Source: Camelus dromedarius (lineage: Eukaryota). Taken from it: a DNA stretch of 64,000 nucleotides. The position numbers were made by a program, and so were the translations under genes. The first letter of the stretch is position 1; the number at the start of each line of letters is the position of its first letter. Positions 1-11,199 of the stretch are shown one piece after another. The notes under the pieces were generated by a model. That model was not told the origin of the DNA. It did no database searches and saw only the letters and a list, made by a program, of their open reading frames with translations. The stretch spans positions 36,892,001 through 36,956,000 of the forward strand of contig NC_087437.1 in assembly GCF_036321535.1 (NCBI RefSeq), written 5' to 3'.

Positions 1-2100
1 AATCTTAATCCACTTTCAAATAACATTATATCACTCCACAGGTAGTATAGGTAGCTTGTAATTGAGTTTTTCCAAGTCCATCTTCCAATTCCTTATTCAC
101 TGATCCCATTCATTTCACTTAACCCATAAGCTATAATCACCTAATACATTGCTGCTATTATTGTTTTTTAATTATCTATTAAAACAGTTAAGAATAAACA
201 ATTTTTTTTAATAATCTGACCTTTATTCTTTCTCTAATGCTCTTCTTTCTTTATGTAGACCTGAGTTTCTGATACATTTTCTTCCTCTGTGAATAACATT
301 TTAACATTTCTTGCAAGACATGTCTACTATCAACACATTCCCCTACTTTTTTGTTTTTCTGAGAAAGTTTTCTTTTCTCCTTCACTTTTGAAAGAAAATT
401 TTGCTAGATAGAGAATTTTAAGTTGCAAAGTTTTTCTTTCAATACTTTGAATAGTCTACTCCACTATCTTTTTGCTTTCATGATTTTTGAAGAGAATTCC
501 AAGGTAATCATTATCCTTGCTCCTCTATAGGTAAGACTCCCCTTTCTTCTGGCTTCTTTCAAGATTTCATCTTTGGTTTTTATGTAGTTTAATTTTGCTA
601 TGTCCAAGTGTAGATATTTTTGTTATTTAATCTTGCTTTGTGTTCTCTGAACTCCTGGATTTGTGGCTTAGTGTTTGTCAACACTTTTGAGAAATTCTCA
701 GCCATTATTACTACAAATATTTCTACTACTCTATTCTCTCTCTCTTATATGTATTTTGTACATTTTGTAATTGTCTCACACTTCTTGAATATTCTGTACT
801 CTATTTTTCATTCTTACTTTAACTTTTGCTTTCCAGTTTTCAGAGCTTTTATTGATGTATCTTCTAACACACTGATTCTTCTTCAGCTATGTCCAGTCTA
901 CTGATGAGAATCAAAGGCATTCTTCATTTCTTTTAAAATGTTTGGTTTCTAGCATCTCACTTTAATTTGTTCTCAGAATTTCCCTTACACTGCTTACATT
1001 GCACATCTGTTCTTGAATGTCATCCACTTTTTCTAATAGAGAGCACAACATATTATTATAGTTATTTAAAATTCCAGGTCTGATAATTTCAAAATCTCCG
1101 TCATATGTTAGTGTGGTTCTAATGCTTGCTTTGTCTCTTCAGAATATGCTTTTCTTGAATTTTAGCATAACTTGCAATTTTTTTGTTGAAAGCTAAACAT
1201 GATGTATTGGTTAATAGAAAAGGAGATAAATGGGCCTGAAGTATGAGGTTTTATATTCATCTTGTAGAAGTTAGGCTGTGTTTAATGTTTCCTGTAGCTA
1301 TAGATGTCAGAGGCTTCAGTTACCTCTAATGTCTTTATTTATGTCTCCAGTTGCTGTCCTGTTTCTCTAGAAACTTCTTAAATAGAGCCTGTTTCTAACA
1401 GCTCTCTCAGTTGTAATTCACTGTTACACTGGAGTCCTATTGATAAGGTGGTAAAATATTGGGGAGGGAAAATATTATATAATCATATGTTTAAATCTTA
1501 GTGTTTTAAAAGTCAAGAGTCCCTGAGCTATGACCTTCAGAAGAGTTTCTTAGGATTTTTTTCCTCCCTGTATGTGTGACAGGGAGGGTAGAAGGACTCA
1601 AGGTGTATCTAATGACGTGTTAGATTCTGGTAAAGCTATTTCCTGTGAAGGTACGACTTTGCTACTGAGAACAGAATGTTCTGGGCATATGTCAAAAATG
1701 ATTCCTTTTCCCTTCTCCTTACTAAAAGCAGGAGGAAACTTTTCTCCAATCATCACTGTGAGAAACTAATAGGCTCTTGGATGTAAAGTTGTGGAAAACA
1801 TGGAAGCAACTATATGACTGGTACGCCAGGAGTTTTTAACTTCCAAGTTAATCCACGTTCAGCTTCTGGAAATCAGTGTATTACTGTTTAAGCGTTCTTA
1901 CCAGTCACTGACTCCAGTGGCTTCTACTACCTATATGTCATAATTCTCTGTTGTTTGACTTTCTCCAGTTTTTAGGGCATCAGTTTGCCCTGTCACCTCA
2001 ATTTTCTGATGGATGGCAGAAGAGTTGAATTTAAGTTTTTCAACTTTTTTGATTATAAGTTTGGGAGTGATGACTTCCAAGCTCTTTACATGTTGGAGCA
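1..2100 (-). mobile_element. Old LINE-1 (L1M4/L1MC/MD-like) 5'UTR/ORF1-region fragment, degraded
   Basis: T-rich antisense L1 wording (e.g. ttttctccttcacttttgaaagaaaattttgctagatagagaatt; ttgagaaattctcagccattatt); no intact ORF. Confidence 0.7.
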
Positions 2101-3295
2101 AATACTGTAAGATGGAGCACAGGAACAGCCTATTTCAGATGCCTACAGTTTGTACTGACTGTATCCAAATCTTACAGTGACAGCAGTAATTGGATAGGTA
2201 GACAAAAATAGAGAGTTTTATTGTAACCATCCAGGTGATCACTGATAGGAACAGAAAGTAAGCTATATATTTAAACACACACACAAAGTCAAATTTTCGT
2301 TTTTGTCAGAACACTAAAGTAAGTGATAAGTAAAAGGCTAAACAATTTGAATATCTCCAGTTTACATCTTATTGATGAGGATTTGATTCATGGATTCCTG
2401 TCAATATGTGCATGATTGTTACTCTAGATGCCAAATATGACTAGGATTTTTTAAAGTAAGCCCACTTAAATTATGATTTTTTAAAAAATCTTTAATTATT
2501 ATATTCAAGTATTATATAGATTGGACAATGGAAAAATGCACTAGTATATGAGGCTGTAGTAGGTCAGAGTTTTAGGGTTAAAGGGCTGTGACAAAAAAAA
2601 ATTAAAGAATATACACAAAACTTAATGAGGAAACATAAACCAAATTTATCATCGTGAGTCCTACTATTCAATGTACATGTTCTTAGGTAACTGAGTTCTC
2701 TACAATGATCACAGTTTCTATTATCATTTTTATACAAAGCATATGTGGTCCTCTTTTATCAAAATATTTTATTTTGCCCTTAAAAAAACCTAATTGATTT
2801 CCTTATTTATATTTATAAAAGATGCCTTAATTTCCTAATTTTGTTTGAAAAGGACTATGACTTTTCTATTCCTTTGTACCAAAATTTTAAGGTCTTGGCA
2901 TCCTTTTGTAAAACTAAGCTTCTATATTCTTGGAATTTGATAGTTCTAGAAATTCAAACTGGCAGTTTATTAAGGAAATTGACCAGCTAGCAGTGTTTTG
3001 TGATCTTGAGGCTCTGTTTACCTAGTTAGAAAATAATTTGCAGTATTCTTAATCTGAAGTGTTATATAACAAAATGGAAAGCATTGCAACATATTTGCTA
3101 TGTCTTCTGTATATAGAATTTATTGAAAAAGAGAACTTCTGTATCAAGCTATGTGAAAACCTGTGTTGCTTAAAGATTTCATAAAGCTGTGTTAAATACA
3201 ATCTGTCTGGATGCCATTTAATATACTGTGTAAGCTGACATATGGTACATATGTAAAATCTTTTTGAATTAATTTAAATTATTATAAAATGCTAG

Positions 3296-3603
3296 TTTTT
3301 ACTTAGGTATAGTTGATTTATAATGTGTTAATTTCAGGTGTACAGCATGGTGATTCAGTTATACATATAGGCTATTACAGGATAAAGGAATATAGTTCTC
3401 TGTGCTATGCAGTATAAACTTGTTATTTATCTATTTTATTTTTAGTAGTTAGTATCTGCAAATCCTGAACTCCCAATTTATCCCTCCCCATCCCCTTTCC
3501 TAGTAACCACAAGTTTGTTTTCTATGTCTGTGAGTCTGTCTCTGTTTTTTAGTAAGTTTATTTGTGTCCTCTTTTCAGTTTCCATATATACCATATGATA
3601 TCA
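3296..3603 (-). mobile_element. Artiodactyl/camelid L1 3'UTR fragment, 5'-truncated
   Basis: aggtatagttgatttataatgtgttaatttcaggtgtacagca...ttcagttatacatata...aactcccaatttatccctcccc matches the antisense 3' end of cetartiodactyl L1. Confidence 0.8.
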
Positions 3604-4244
3604 CTTATAAAATACTATCTTGATTCTTTATCATTAAATCCATGTATCTCCATAGACAGATACAGTTTCCTGGTAAGGAAAAGGACATAACATTTGTAAC
3701 TCTAATTTTGGGGTCAAAGTAAATATTGATTTTTGTTGTTTTTCAGGGTTCAACTACTTGTTTTGTTGTTGATGTTTTGTCATCACAGCATTAATCAAAA
3801 AAGACTTTGTTCTCTCACTCACAGTCTGAATAAATTGGTTACAATAATATGTGTGATAGTATGGATTAAAAAAAACCCTTTTAATTTTCTGCCAGAATAG
3901 TTTTAAAAATTTTTATTATTTATTAAACTGTTATAATAATTTTTAAATTATGTGTAGTATTAGCATAACTTTATGCTAATAAATAAACTATAAGTTTATT
4001 TTCCTCCTGTTGACTTTGCTGTACACACAATTGTGACAGTTTTGATTAATGTTTTTTAAAATATCAACAAAATACATGTATTCAAAACAAGTTACTTTTT
4101 CAAAATATAAACAGAAATATAAATAACTCTTGAAATGTTAACATTGGTTCAGAAATAAATGTTCTATATGACACAGAAAATATAATAAAACTAAATTTAA
4201 TTGAGTTATAATTATATCCTGAATATTTTCCAAACACTTTTAAC

Positions 4245-4551
4245 TTTTCTTTTTTTTAAAACACCTTTATTGTGATATGGTTCCTGTACAGTAAACTACA
4301 CATATTTCAGATGTACATTTTGATGAATTTTGATAGATGTATACACCCAGGAAACCACCACCACAATCAAGATAGCTAACATTTCCATCACTCCTCAAGA
4401 GGTGAAAATTTCGAATTCCCAATTTATCCCTTCCCAGTCCCTTTAACCCCTAACCATGAGTTTCTTCTCTGTACCTGTGAGTCTATTTCTGTTTTGTAGA
4501 TAAGTTAACTTGTGTCCTTTTTTTTAGATTCCACATATAAGCAATATCATG
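4245..4551 (-). mobile_element. Composite L1 3' end: old L1MB/ME-type tail (to ~4400) joined to a camelid-type L1 3'UTR segment
   Basis: T-tract, then gatgtatacacccaggaaaccaccaccacaatcaagatag (old L1 tail), then aaatttcgaattcccaatttatcccttccc...ttagattccacatataagc (young L1). Confidence 0.65.
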
Positions 4552-4613
4552 AAAATGATTGTTTTTAATGTTCTACTGTTTCATTTTTAGTGTTATTGTG
4601 TACAATGATTCTA

Positions 4614-5170
4614 TGTGTCATGTGAGAGTTCACTGCAACAGGTTTGAAATTGACCTAACCTGTTTTACTGAAATAAGAAGTGCACCCTCAGAGGACTAAG
4701 TCATGAAATTTCAAGTCATGAAATTTAATGTGCCCAAGGAATTTTAGGGCTGTTTTTTATTTTATGAATAACAGTAAGATTGATGATTTACACGTTTTTA
4801 GTGAGACCTCTGAAGGGATTGACTGTATAGCAAAAATATGCCCACATGATAAGGAAGGTATAAGAAACCCTGGCCAAGTCTTCACTTTGGATTCTCTGGT
4901 TCCAGCATGTTTTGCGTATAAGTTGATGGTTCCTGATTAGAGAGAAAAAAGCTCAGCCTTGTAAAACTCTTAGAGGAATGACATATTAAGCTGGTGGCCT
5001 CTCTGGACCCATTCTGTGTGGCAGACCCGGACTTAATAAGCATATCCTTAAAATGCTTTAAATGCTTCTGCTATATTATATCCTTTTTCTGCAACAATCT
5101 GTAGATTTGTGTGGATTGTCATTTTGGGTTCTGTGCATCTTCTTTAGTAATTGAATCCTGACTGCCACCA
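4614..5170 (+). mobile_element. Degraded ERVL-class LTR (MER21/MER68/MER77-like)
   Basis: Motif order ataagaaaccctgg...tctctggtt...tatccttttt...gggttctgtgcatcttctttagtaattgaatcctga resembles the 3' half of the MER21 group. Confidence 0.45.
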
Positions 5171-6629
5171 ATAGTACAATATGTGGTGCAATTTTTCAAA
5201 ACTACCCTTAGAATAATAAAGTTTTATAGCTGAAAGGAGTTTTAGCCAGCATTGTCTTATCGCATTCACTTTAGGGAATAAGAAAGCGAAACAGTCAAAC
5301 TTTAAATGATTTTGTAAAAAGCACATAACTAATTGAACATTGGACTAAAACTATACCCTGTCAATTAATCATACCAAATCTAAGCCTAATAAAAGTATAC
5401 CTGACTTATAGGTGCCATCATGCTTTCTCAAAGCTGGAAGTATAGGAACAAGCCATCAGTTTGTGGTTTGCTAATATTAATAGGCTTTGTTTGTAACATG
5501 CCTATATCAAATTTATATTTTAGGACTATAAATGTTTCTTTTACTTCTATAGTTTACATAAGGACAGCAGGCAAATCTGCTTTGTACACCATGATTAATA
5601 TTTACAAAAATTTGTATACATAATTTTTCTTTATAATTATCAGAGTAAATTACATATAACATGCATTGCATTAACTGAGTGAAGATATATTATCTTTTAC
5701 TCAAACACACATAAATTGAGATTCATCAATGTTTATTGCAGATAAACCAGGTATAAAAGGATGTTTAATCTTTGTGTATTTAGGGGGATAGAGAAGTGGA
5801 GGAGGCATTATAATGAAAATCTTATGTGAGAATTATTTTTATTTGTCTTTTCAAATTCTTTGATTTTTAACATGAATTCTCATATGTATATTCATAGCTT
5901 TTTAAAAATTTATGGCAGAAATGTATGACACCTTAATATGCAAGAATCAGTTATCTAAAGAATATTGGTCACATAATGTCTATTTCTAAATATCCCAGAG
6001 TTTGACTTAACATATGCTATCATGGTCAATGTCATGTAAGAAACTTTCTGTTAACTCTGTCTCTCCAAGTTAAATTCAGTGTTCACAACCATGGTACTCA
6101 TAATCCTTACAAAAATTTAAAGATATAGAAACACTGTTTTCTAACAAATGTTTGTATTCCTTAAATACTTTCATATAACCCTTAGGAAGATTCTCTGTAC
6201 AAAAGGTAATAAAGACTGAACTAAGCTACAATGTTTTTGAGCTCATATCAAGAAGTTTATGAAACCTTATAATGGTTTCATAAATTATCAGTATTAGAAG
6301 CTCAAAAATTATACCAACATATTTAGGTCACTGACTTATAAAAATAAATAGAAGAACATTGTTAAGATATTCACAAGAAACTGTTTGTTACATCTAGAAA
6401 GATTGGAAATGAACTTGTATTTCATTTGAAATAGTTTTAAGGTTTCTCTGTAATTTTTAATTTCTGCCTTTTGTGTATGCTATAGCTGATTTAAATGAAA
6501 CAGTGAAGCTATTTACTACTCATATAGTAAATATGAGTTGTACTTTGAGTTGCAAATATTATGTTCTGTTAATTATTTTAAAACAATTTTGAATGGTTGC
6601 ATTTGTTAAGCAAATACCTATTGTTTATG

Positions 6630-7560
6630 TAGAAAGAAGTAGGAAACACTAATGAGCAACTGAGTGAAAATTAACAAGAATTTTAACCCCAATAACAACA
6701 GAATCCTCCGTTAATATTTTAATTTTAACCTGCATTTTATTTCTGGCCATATTTATTAAATGTATTCCTAAAATTAGAATCACCTGGATAAACTGTTACA
6801 GAGCATTACTATCCCACTTTCATAGTGATGATTTTAAATTACTTTGTTTCAGAATTATACTAATACAATAATACTTTGAAGATTATAAACACACCATTTT
6901 ATGATCTTCCCCACGTTGGTCAAATGTTTTCTGATGCTGGTCATTTAGTTTGTGTCCACATGCATATTAATAAACAATCCATAATGAACTTATTTTGGTT
7001 CAGCCTTTGCTCACAGCCTTCTTATTTTTTTTTTAGATTCATGAGGTGGATATGATTGATATAAAGTACATGTTCCCTTTTATATATTTTGTTATATATG
7101 TCAATTAATGCTCTAGAATTGTGGTTCAATAGAGCCAGATGTATAAAAGATAGCTCATTTTCTAGGAGTACTATTCTCACGAGATATTTATTATTCATTT
7201 TTAATAATTTAATTAATTAATTTACTTATTTATTTTAAATTTTGAGGGGGAAGTAATTACATTTATTTATTTATTTATTTATTTATTTAAATGGAGGTAC
7301 TGGAGACTGAACCCAGGACCTTGCACATGCTAAGCATGCACTCTCGATATTTATTCTTTAAAGTCAGATAAGAAGAAAATATCATCTCACTATTATTTAA
7401 CTTGTGTATTATAATTCTAATAAGATTATTATTCCTTTCCTATAATTTACTGTTTGTATATTTTTCTTTTTAAAGAAATTCATACATTCTCTATGGAATA
7501 TCAGTTTATTTATAGTTTCATTATTTGTAACATTTCTTTTTGTTGAAGACATTGAAATAT
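6630..7560 (-). mobile_element. Old L1ME-like 3' fragment, interrupted by a SINE
   Basis: Antisense L1ME 3'UTR phrases (ctgatgctggtcatttagtttgtgtcc, aataaacaatccataatgaac, atcatctcactattatttaacttg). Confidence 0.5.
7193..7345 (-). mobile_element. Camelid Vic-type tRNA-Ala-derived SINE, 5'-truncated (A box missing)
   Basis: Reverse strand reads agagtgcatgcttagcatgtgcaaggtcctgggttcagtctccagtacctcc + (aaat)n tail; 10-bp TSD gatatttatt at 7183-7192 and 7346-7355. Confidence 0.9.
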
Positions 7561-7679
7561 AAATTTAAAATAACACAGTAAATTCCACTAATGTTTTTAC
7601 TGGGGAAAAAAAGATTGAAAATTTAGCAAAAAGTTAAAGAATATAGTAAAATAAAACTGTAAGTAAAATAGTAGAGTTC

Positions 7680-8060
7680 ATCAATGAAACAAATTTTAAC
7701 AAACTTACAAAGAAGCAGATAGGTGAATAAATAGAAAGATGGAAAAATGCAAATACTAAATGGTCACAATAAAAAACTTGAAGTGGCTCTATTAATATTA
7801 CACAAAGTAATATTTGGGGAAAAATATTACAATAACAAAGAGAGACATAACTTTTTTTAAAGTGCATTCATCAAGAAGAAACAATTATGTGTGCATTTAC
7901 TTATGTACACACTTATGAACATATTAAAAATAAATGAAGCAAAAGTAAAATAAGACAAACCTAAAAATGTAAGTGGTGTTTTCATCATTCCTTTCTCAGA
8001 AATTAGTTGAAAAAGTAGTCAAAAAAGGAATAATATAGAAAACAAACATTATCAACCAAC
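7680..8060 (+). mobile_element. Degraded L1 ORF2 endonuclease-region fragment, sense orientation
   Basis: A-rich; aaagatggaaaaatgcaaatac...gaagtggctctattaatattacacaaagta...ttcatcaagaaga...cattatcaaccaacttg resembles 5' L1 ORF2. Confidence 0.6.
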
Positions 8061-8462
8061 TTGTATACAAAAATATAGCTGTTTTGCTTTTATATCCACT
8101 ATGAAAATCTCTACATTTTAACTGGTTTATCAATTTACATTTGGTAACAGTGATTAATAAAGTAATAACATGGTTGAGTTTAAATATATCAACTTTCGAT
8201 TTTTCTATTTATCTGATCTCTTATGTATCCCTTATTTCTTCATTCCCTACTTTGGATTAGTTGAGTAGTTCTTGATTTTCCATTTTGCCTTTTCAATTGA
8301 GTTACTAATTATAGTTTTTTCTTCGTTAGTAGTTACTCTCAAGTTTACAATATACTGCCTTAACTTACCACAGTCCATGTTAAATTTATGTATCAGTTCA
8401 CGTGTAATTTGTAACATCGACTTACATTACAGCAATTAATTTTCATTTCCCAAACTTTATCT
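8061..8462 (-). mobile_element. Degraded L1 inter-ORF/ORF2-start fragment
   Basis: Reverse strand contains caaatgtaaattgataaaccagttaaaatgtagagattttcatagtggatataaaagcaaaa, similar to the L1 ORF2 start. Confidence 0.6.
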
Positions 8463-8464
8463 CA

Positions 8465-8860
8465 TGCTAGGGTCTGAGGAAACAAGCATATCTATGCTGG
8501 ACAAACCCCAGGTTTTGTGTTGGTCTCATCCCATTCATAGTAATGGATGGATGACTGAAGTGTTCACCTGGGCCCAAGTTAATTGTGGTGAGCCCCCACA
8601 GATATTTCCCTGGCCAGAGCCAACTTTGTGGACAAACCAGCCTTTGTGGTACTTATTTTGATTGCAAGGCACACCCCAGCAACAACCATTAAGGAACTTC
8701 GGTTTATTACTCACAGGTTTATTACTCACAGATCTTGGAAGATACATCATGTGCACAAGGACCACACAGTGAGACTGAGGCTACAGAGAGACAGCAATAG
8801 CTAATGAGTGGACAGCTCTTCTTTTTGAGAGTTCAAGAGCTGAGTGACTAGGGTTTCACA
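8465..8860 (-). mobile_element. ERVL-class LTR fragment (MER54/MER73/MER74-like) inserted in L1
   Basis: GC-richer block starting with TG; minus-strand AATAAA in tgtgagtaataaacc, duplicated in tandem at 8701-8730. Confidence 0.45.
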
Positions 8861-8864
8861 GGCC

Positions 8865-9517
8865 CCTTAAGCTCTTTTTGCTTTTCTTCAGTCTTTTTTC
8901 TTTCTGTTCTTCAGACTTAACAATTCTCCATTGTCCTGTCTTCAAGTTTAGTGATTCTTTCTTCTGCCATTGAATCCTTCTAGAGAAATTTCATTTCATT
9001 TATTATGTTTCAGCTCCAGAATTTTTTTTTTTTTTTGGCTTCTTTTTAGGTTTTCTAACTCTTTTTTGATATTTCTACTGTTCATACATTATTTTCTTGA
9101 CTTTCTATATATCTTCTTTTAGTTCTTTGAGCATCTTTAAGACAGTTGTTCTAAAGTGTTTGTCTAGTAAATCTGCCATCAGATCTTTTTCAGGGCCAAT
9201 TTCTGTTGATTTCTTTTTTCCTTTGAATAGCCCCACTTTCCTGTTTCTTTCTGGTTTTCTTTTTTTCTTATTTCTTTGTGGGTTTTTTTCTTTTTTTTTG
9301 TCATTGTTAAAAAACAGACATTTGAATCTATTAATGTGGTGACTCTGGAAATTAGATTCTCTGCCTTCCCCAGTGTGTACTCCTTTTTATTATTGTTTTT
9401 GGTTCTTTTTGATTCTTGTATGCTGTCTGTGTGCCAAGGATCAACCTGAGGTATAAACTTAAGGTCTTCTCAGGTCTTTTCTGAGTTTTCCCTGGGCATC
9501 ATAGTACTTTCTAATCT
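8865..9517 (-). mobile_element. Old L1 ORF1/5' region fragment running into the gap
   Basis: ttgtcctgtcttcaagtttagtgattctttcttctgcc; ttcagctccagaattt; ctttgagcatctttaagacagttgttctaaagtgtttgtctag. Confidence 0.7.
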
Positions 9518-9717
9518 NNNNNNNNNNNNNNNNNNNNNNNNNNNNNNNNNNNNNNNNNNNNNNNNNNNNNNNNNNNNNNNNNNNNNNNNNNNNNNNNNNN
9601 NNNNNNNNNNNNNNNNNNNNNNNNNNNNNNNNNNNNNNNNNNNNNNNNNNNNNNNNNNNNNNNNNNNNNNNNNNNNNNNNNNNNNNNNNNNNNNNNNNNN
9701 NNNNNNNNNNNNNNNNN
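9518..9717. other. Assembly gap (200 N)
   Basis: Run of exactly 200 N, a fixed-size scaffolding gap; true distance unknown. Confidence 0.99.
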
Positions 9718-9719
9718 AT

Positions 9720-10890
9720 AATGATAAACATTTACTGATCTCAAGTCTTGCTACTGTCTAATCTACAGGTCTTAATTAGATTTCACAACTTGTCCCAGAT
9801 ATAGTACTTATGGAAAGAAAAAACCTATACAGTTTCCAATTCAGGACCACTAACTGCATGTTACATTGAGTTACATCTCTTTAGTCTACTTTAATATTGA
9901 GCAATTAGTCTTTGTCTTTCATGCACTTGCTTTCAGGAGCTTCTCCCTGTAACCTTGACATTCACATTTGTTAAAGAGTGCAAGATGTTTGTAGAATCAA
10001 CCACAATTAATGGTGGTCTGATGTTGGAATATTGCCAATACAATATTGTGTTCTCGGTGATGCCGTTTAAAGTCACGTGATGCTGGTTTTAACAATTACT
10101 GACGATGTCCACCTTGATCATATGCTTCTCCACTATAAAGTTACTACTTTTCCCTTTATTACTTGTAAGTCTGTAGTGGAGCTATATTTTGAGACGGTAT
10201 AAATCTTTTTCTCCACCAAACGGTCATCCACTAATTACAGCATCTATTGATGGTCCTTGCTGAATAAATTTTTAGAATGAAGGATTCCAAGTACTGATTT
10301 ACAGTGTCTTTCATTATACTTTTTTTTGGCATCCTACTTGAAGGATGAAGTGTTCTTTATCCCCTCTTTATTTAATAACTAACTTACATATTTATGGACT
10401 TACAACTTCATGTTTTGTTAAATTGGCTATAATGTGTTATCATTTTTTAGTTTTGATAATCATATTGTTACAGATTGCTCAGTAGGAGACCTATCAAGTT
10501 GAGTCCTGTATCCTTCTGTGTTGTAATGTCTTTAGCGGTAGACTTGTAACTTGGCTCTAAAAAAGAGGGAGGAGGTACTTGATTTAAAGTATTGGCTGAC
10601 TTCCATGATATAAATTCTCCTACTATAGATGATTTTAAGATGCCAACATGACAGCACTGAACATGAGGTTGGGAAGACCGATTTGCAATTAGCTATTATA
10701 AGCCTGAAGATGAAATTGGGAAAATATGTGCACAGTCAGCTCTCACAGTCAGTATAAGCCAGGTCCGTTACACTGCATGTCTCCAACAGGTTTTGATAAT
10801 TTCTTTACTTTCTGATGAAACGAGATATCCCAGATTTATCTTGTGTTTTTCCTTTCCAAGCCTAGGAGTCATTGTTTTCCTCCAGGTGGC
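9720..10890 (-). mobile_element. Old L1MC/L1ME 3' fragment
   Basis: tttcacaacttgtccc...tcaggacc...gttacatctctttagtct...gagatatcccagatttatcttgtgttttt...agcctaggagtc. Confidence 0.55.
10535..10776. mobile_element. hAT-Blackjack DNA transposon remnant (MER63-like) nested in L1
   Basis: ttccatgatataaattctcctactatagatgattttaagatgccaacatgacagcactgaacatgaggttgggaaga...tgcacagtcagctctc...ccgttacactg. Confidence 0.6.
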
Positions 10891-11199
10891 TTAGGGTAAC
10901 TGGTCTAATTGGCTGACTCACATTTTTCGCATCCTCACTCAACTTAGCCTCAATATGATCTATGACAATGACAAAAGGGAAAGGGGAGAGCAAGGCCATA
11001 TTTGCAAATGCTTTTCAGACTTCTTGCATTATATCTGCTGTGATCTCTATCAAAAATAAGTCATAAGGTCAAGCCCAGACTTAAGAGGTAGAACAGGTTG
11101 ATTCTCCCAAAGTGGGAAATTGTTTTATAAAGTAACATGACAAATTCACTTAATTAATTGAGGTTTTATATGTGACAAAACATTTTAGCGGTCCATCTG

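Noticed and set aside
9459..9744. ORFs spanning poly-X
   Set aside because: Artefacts of the 200-N gap.
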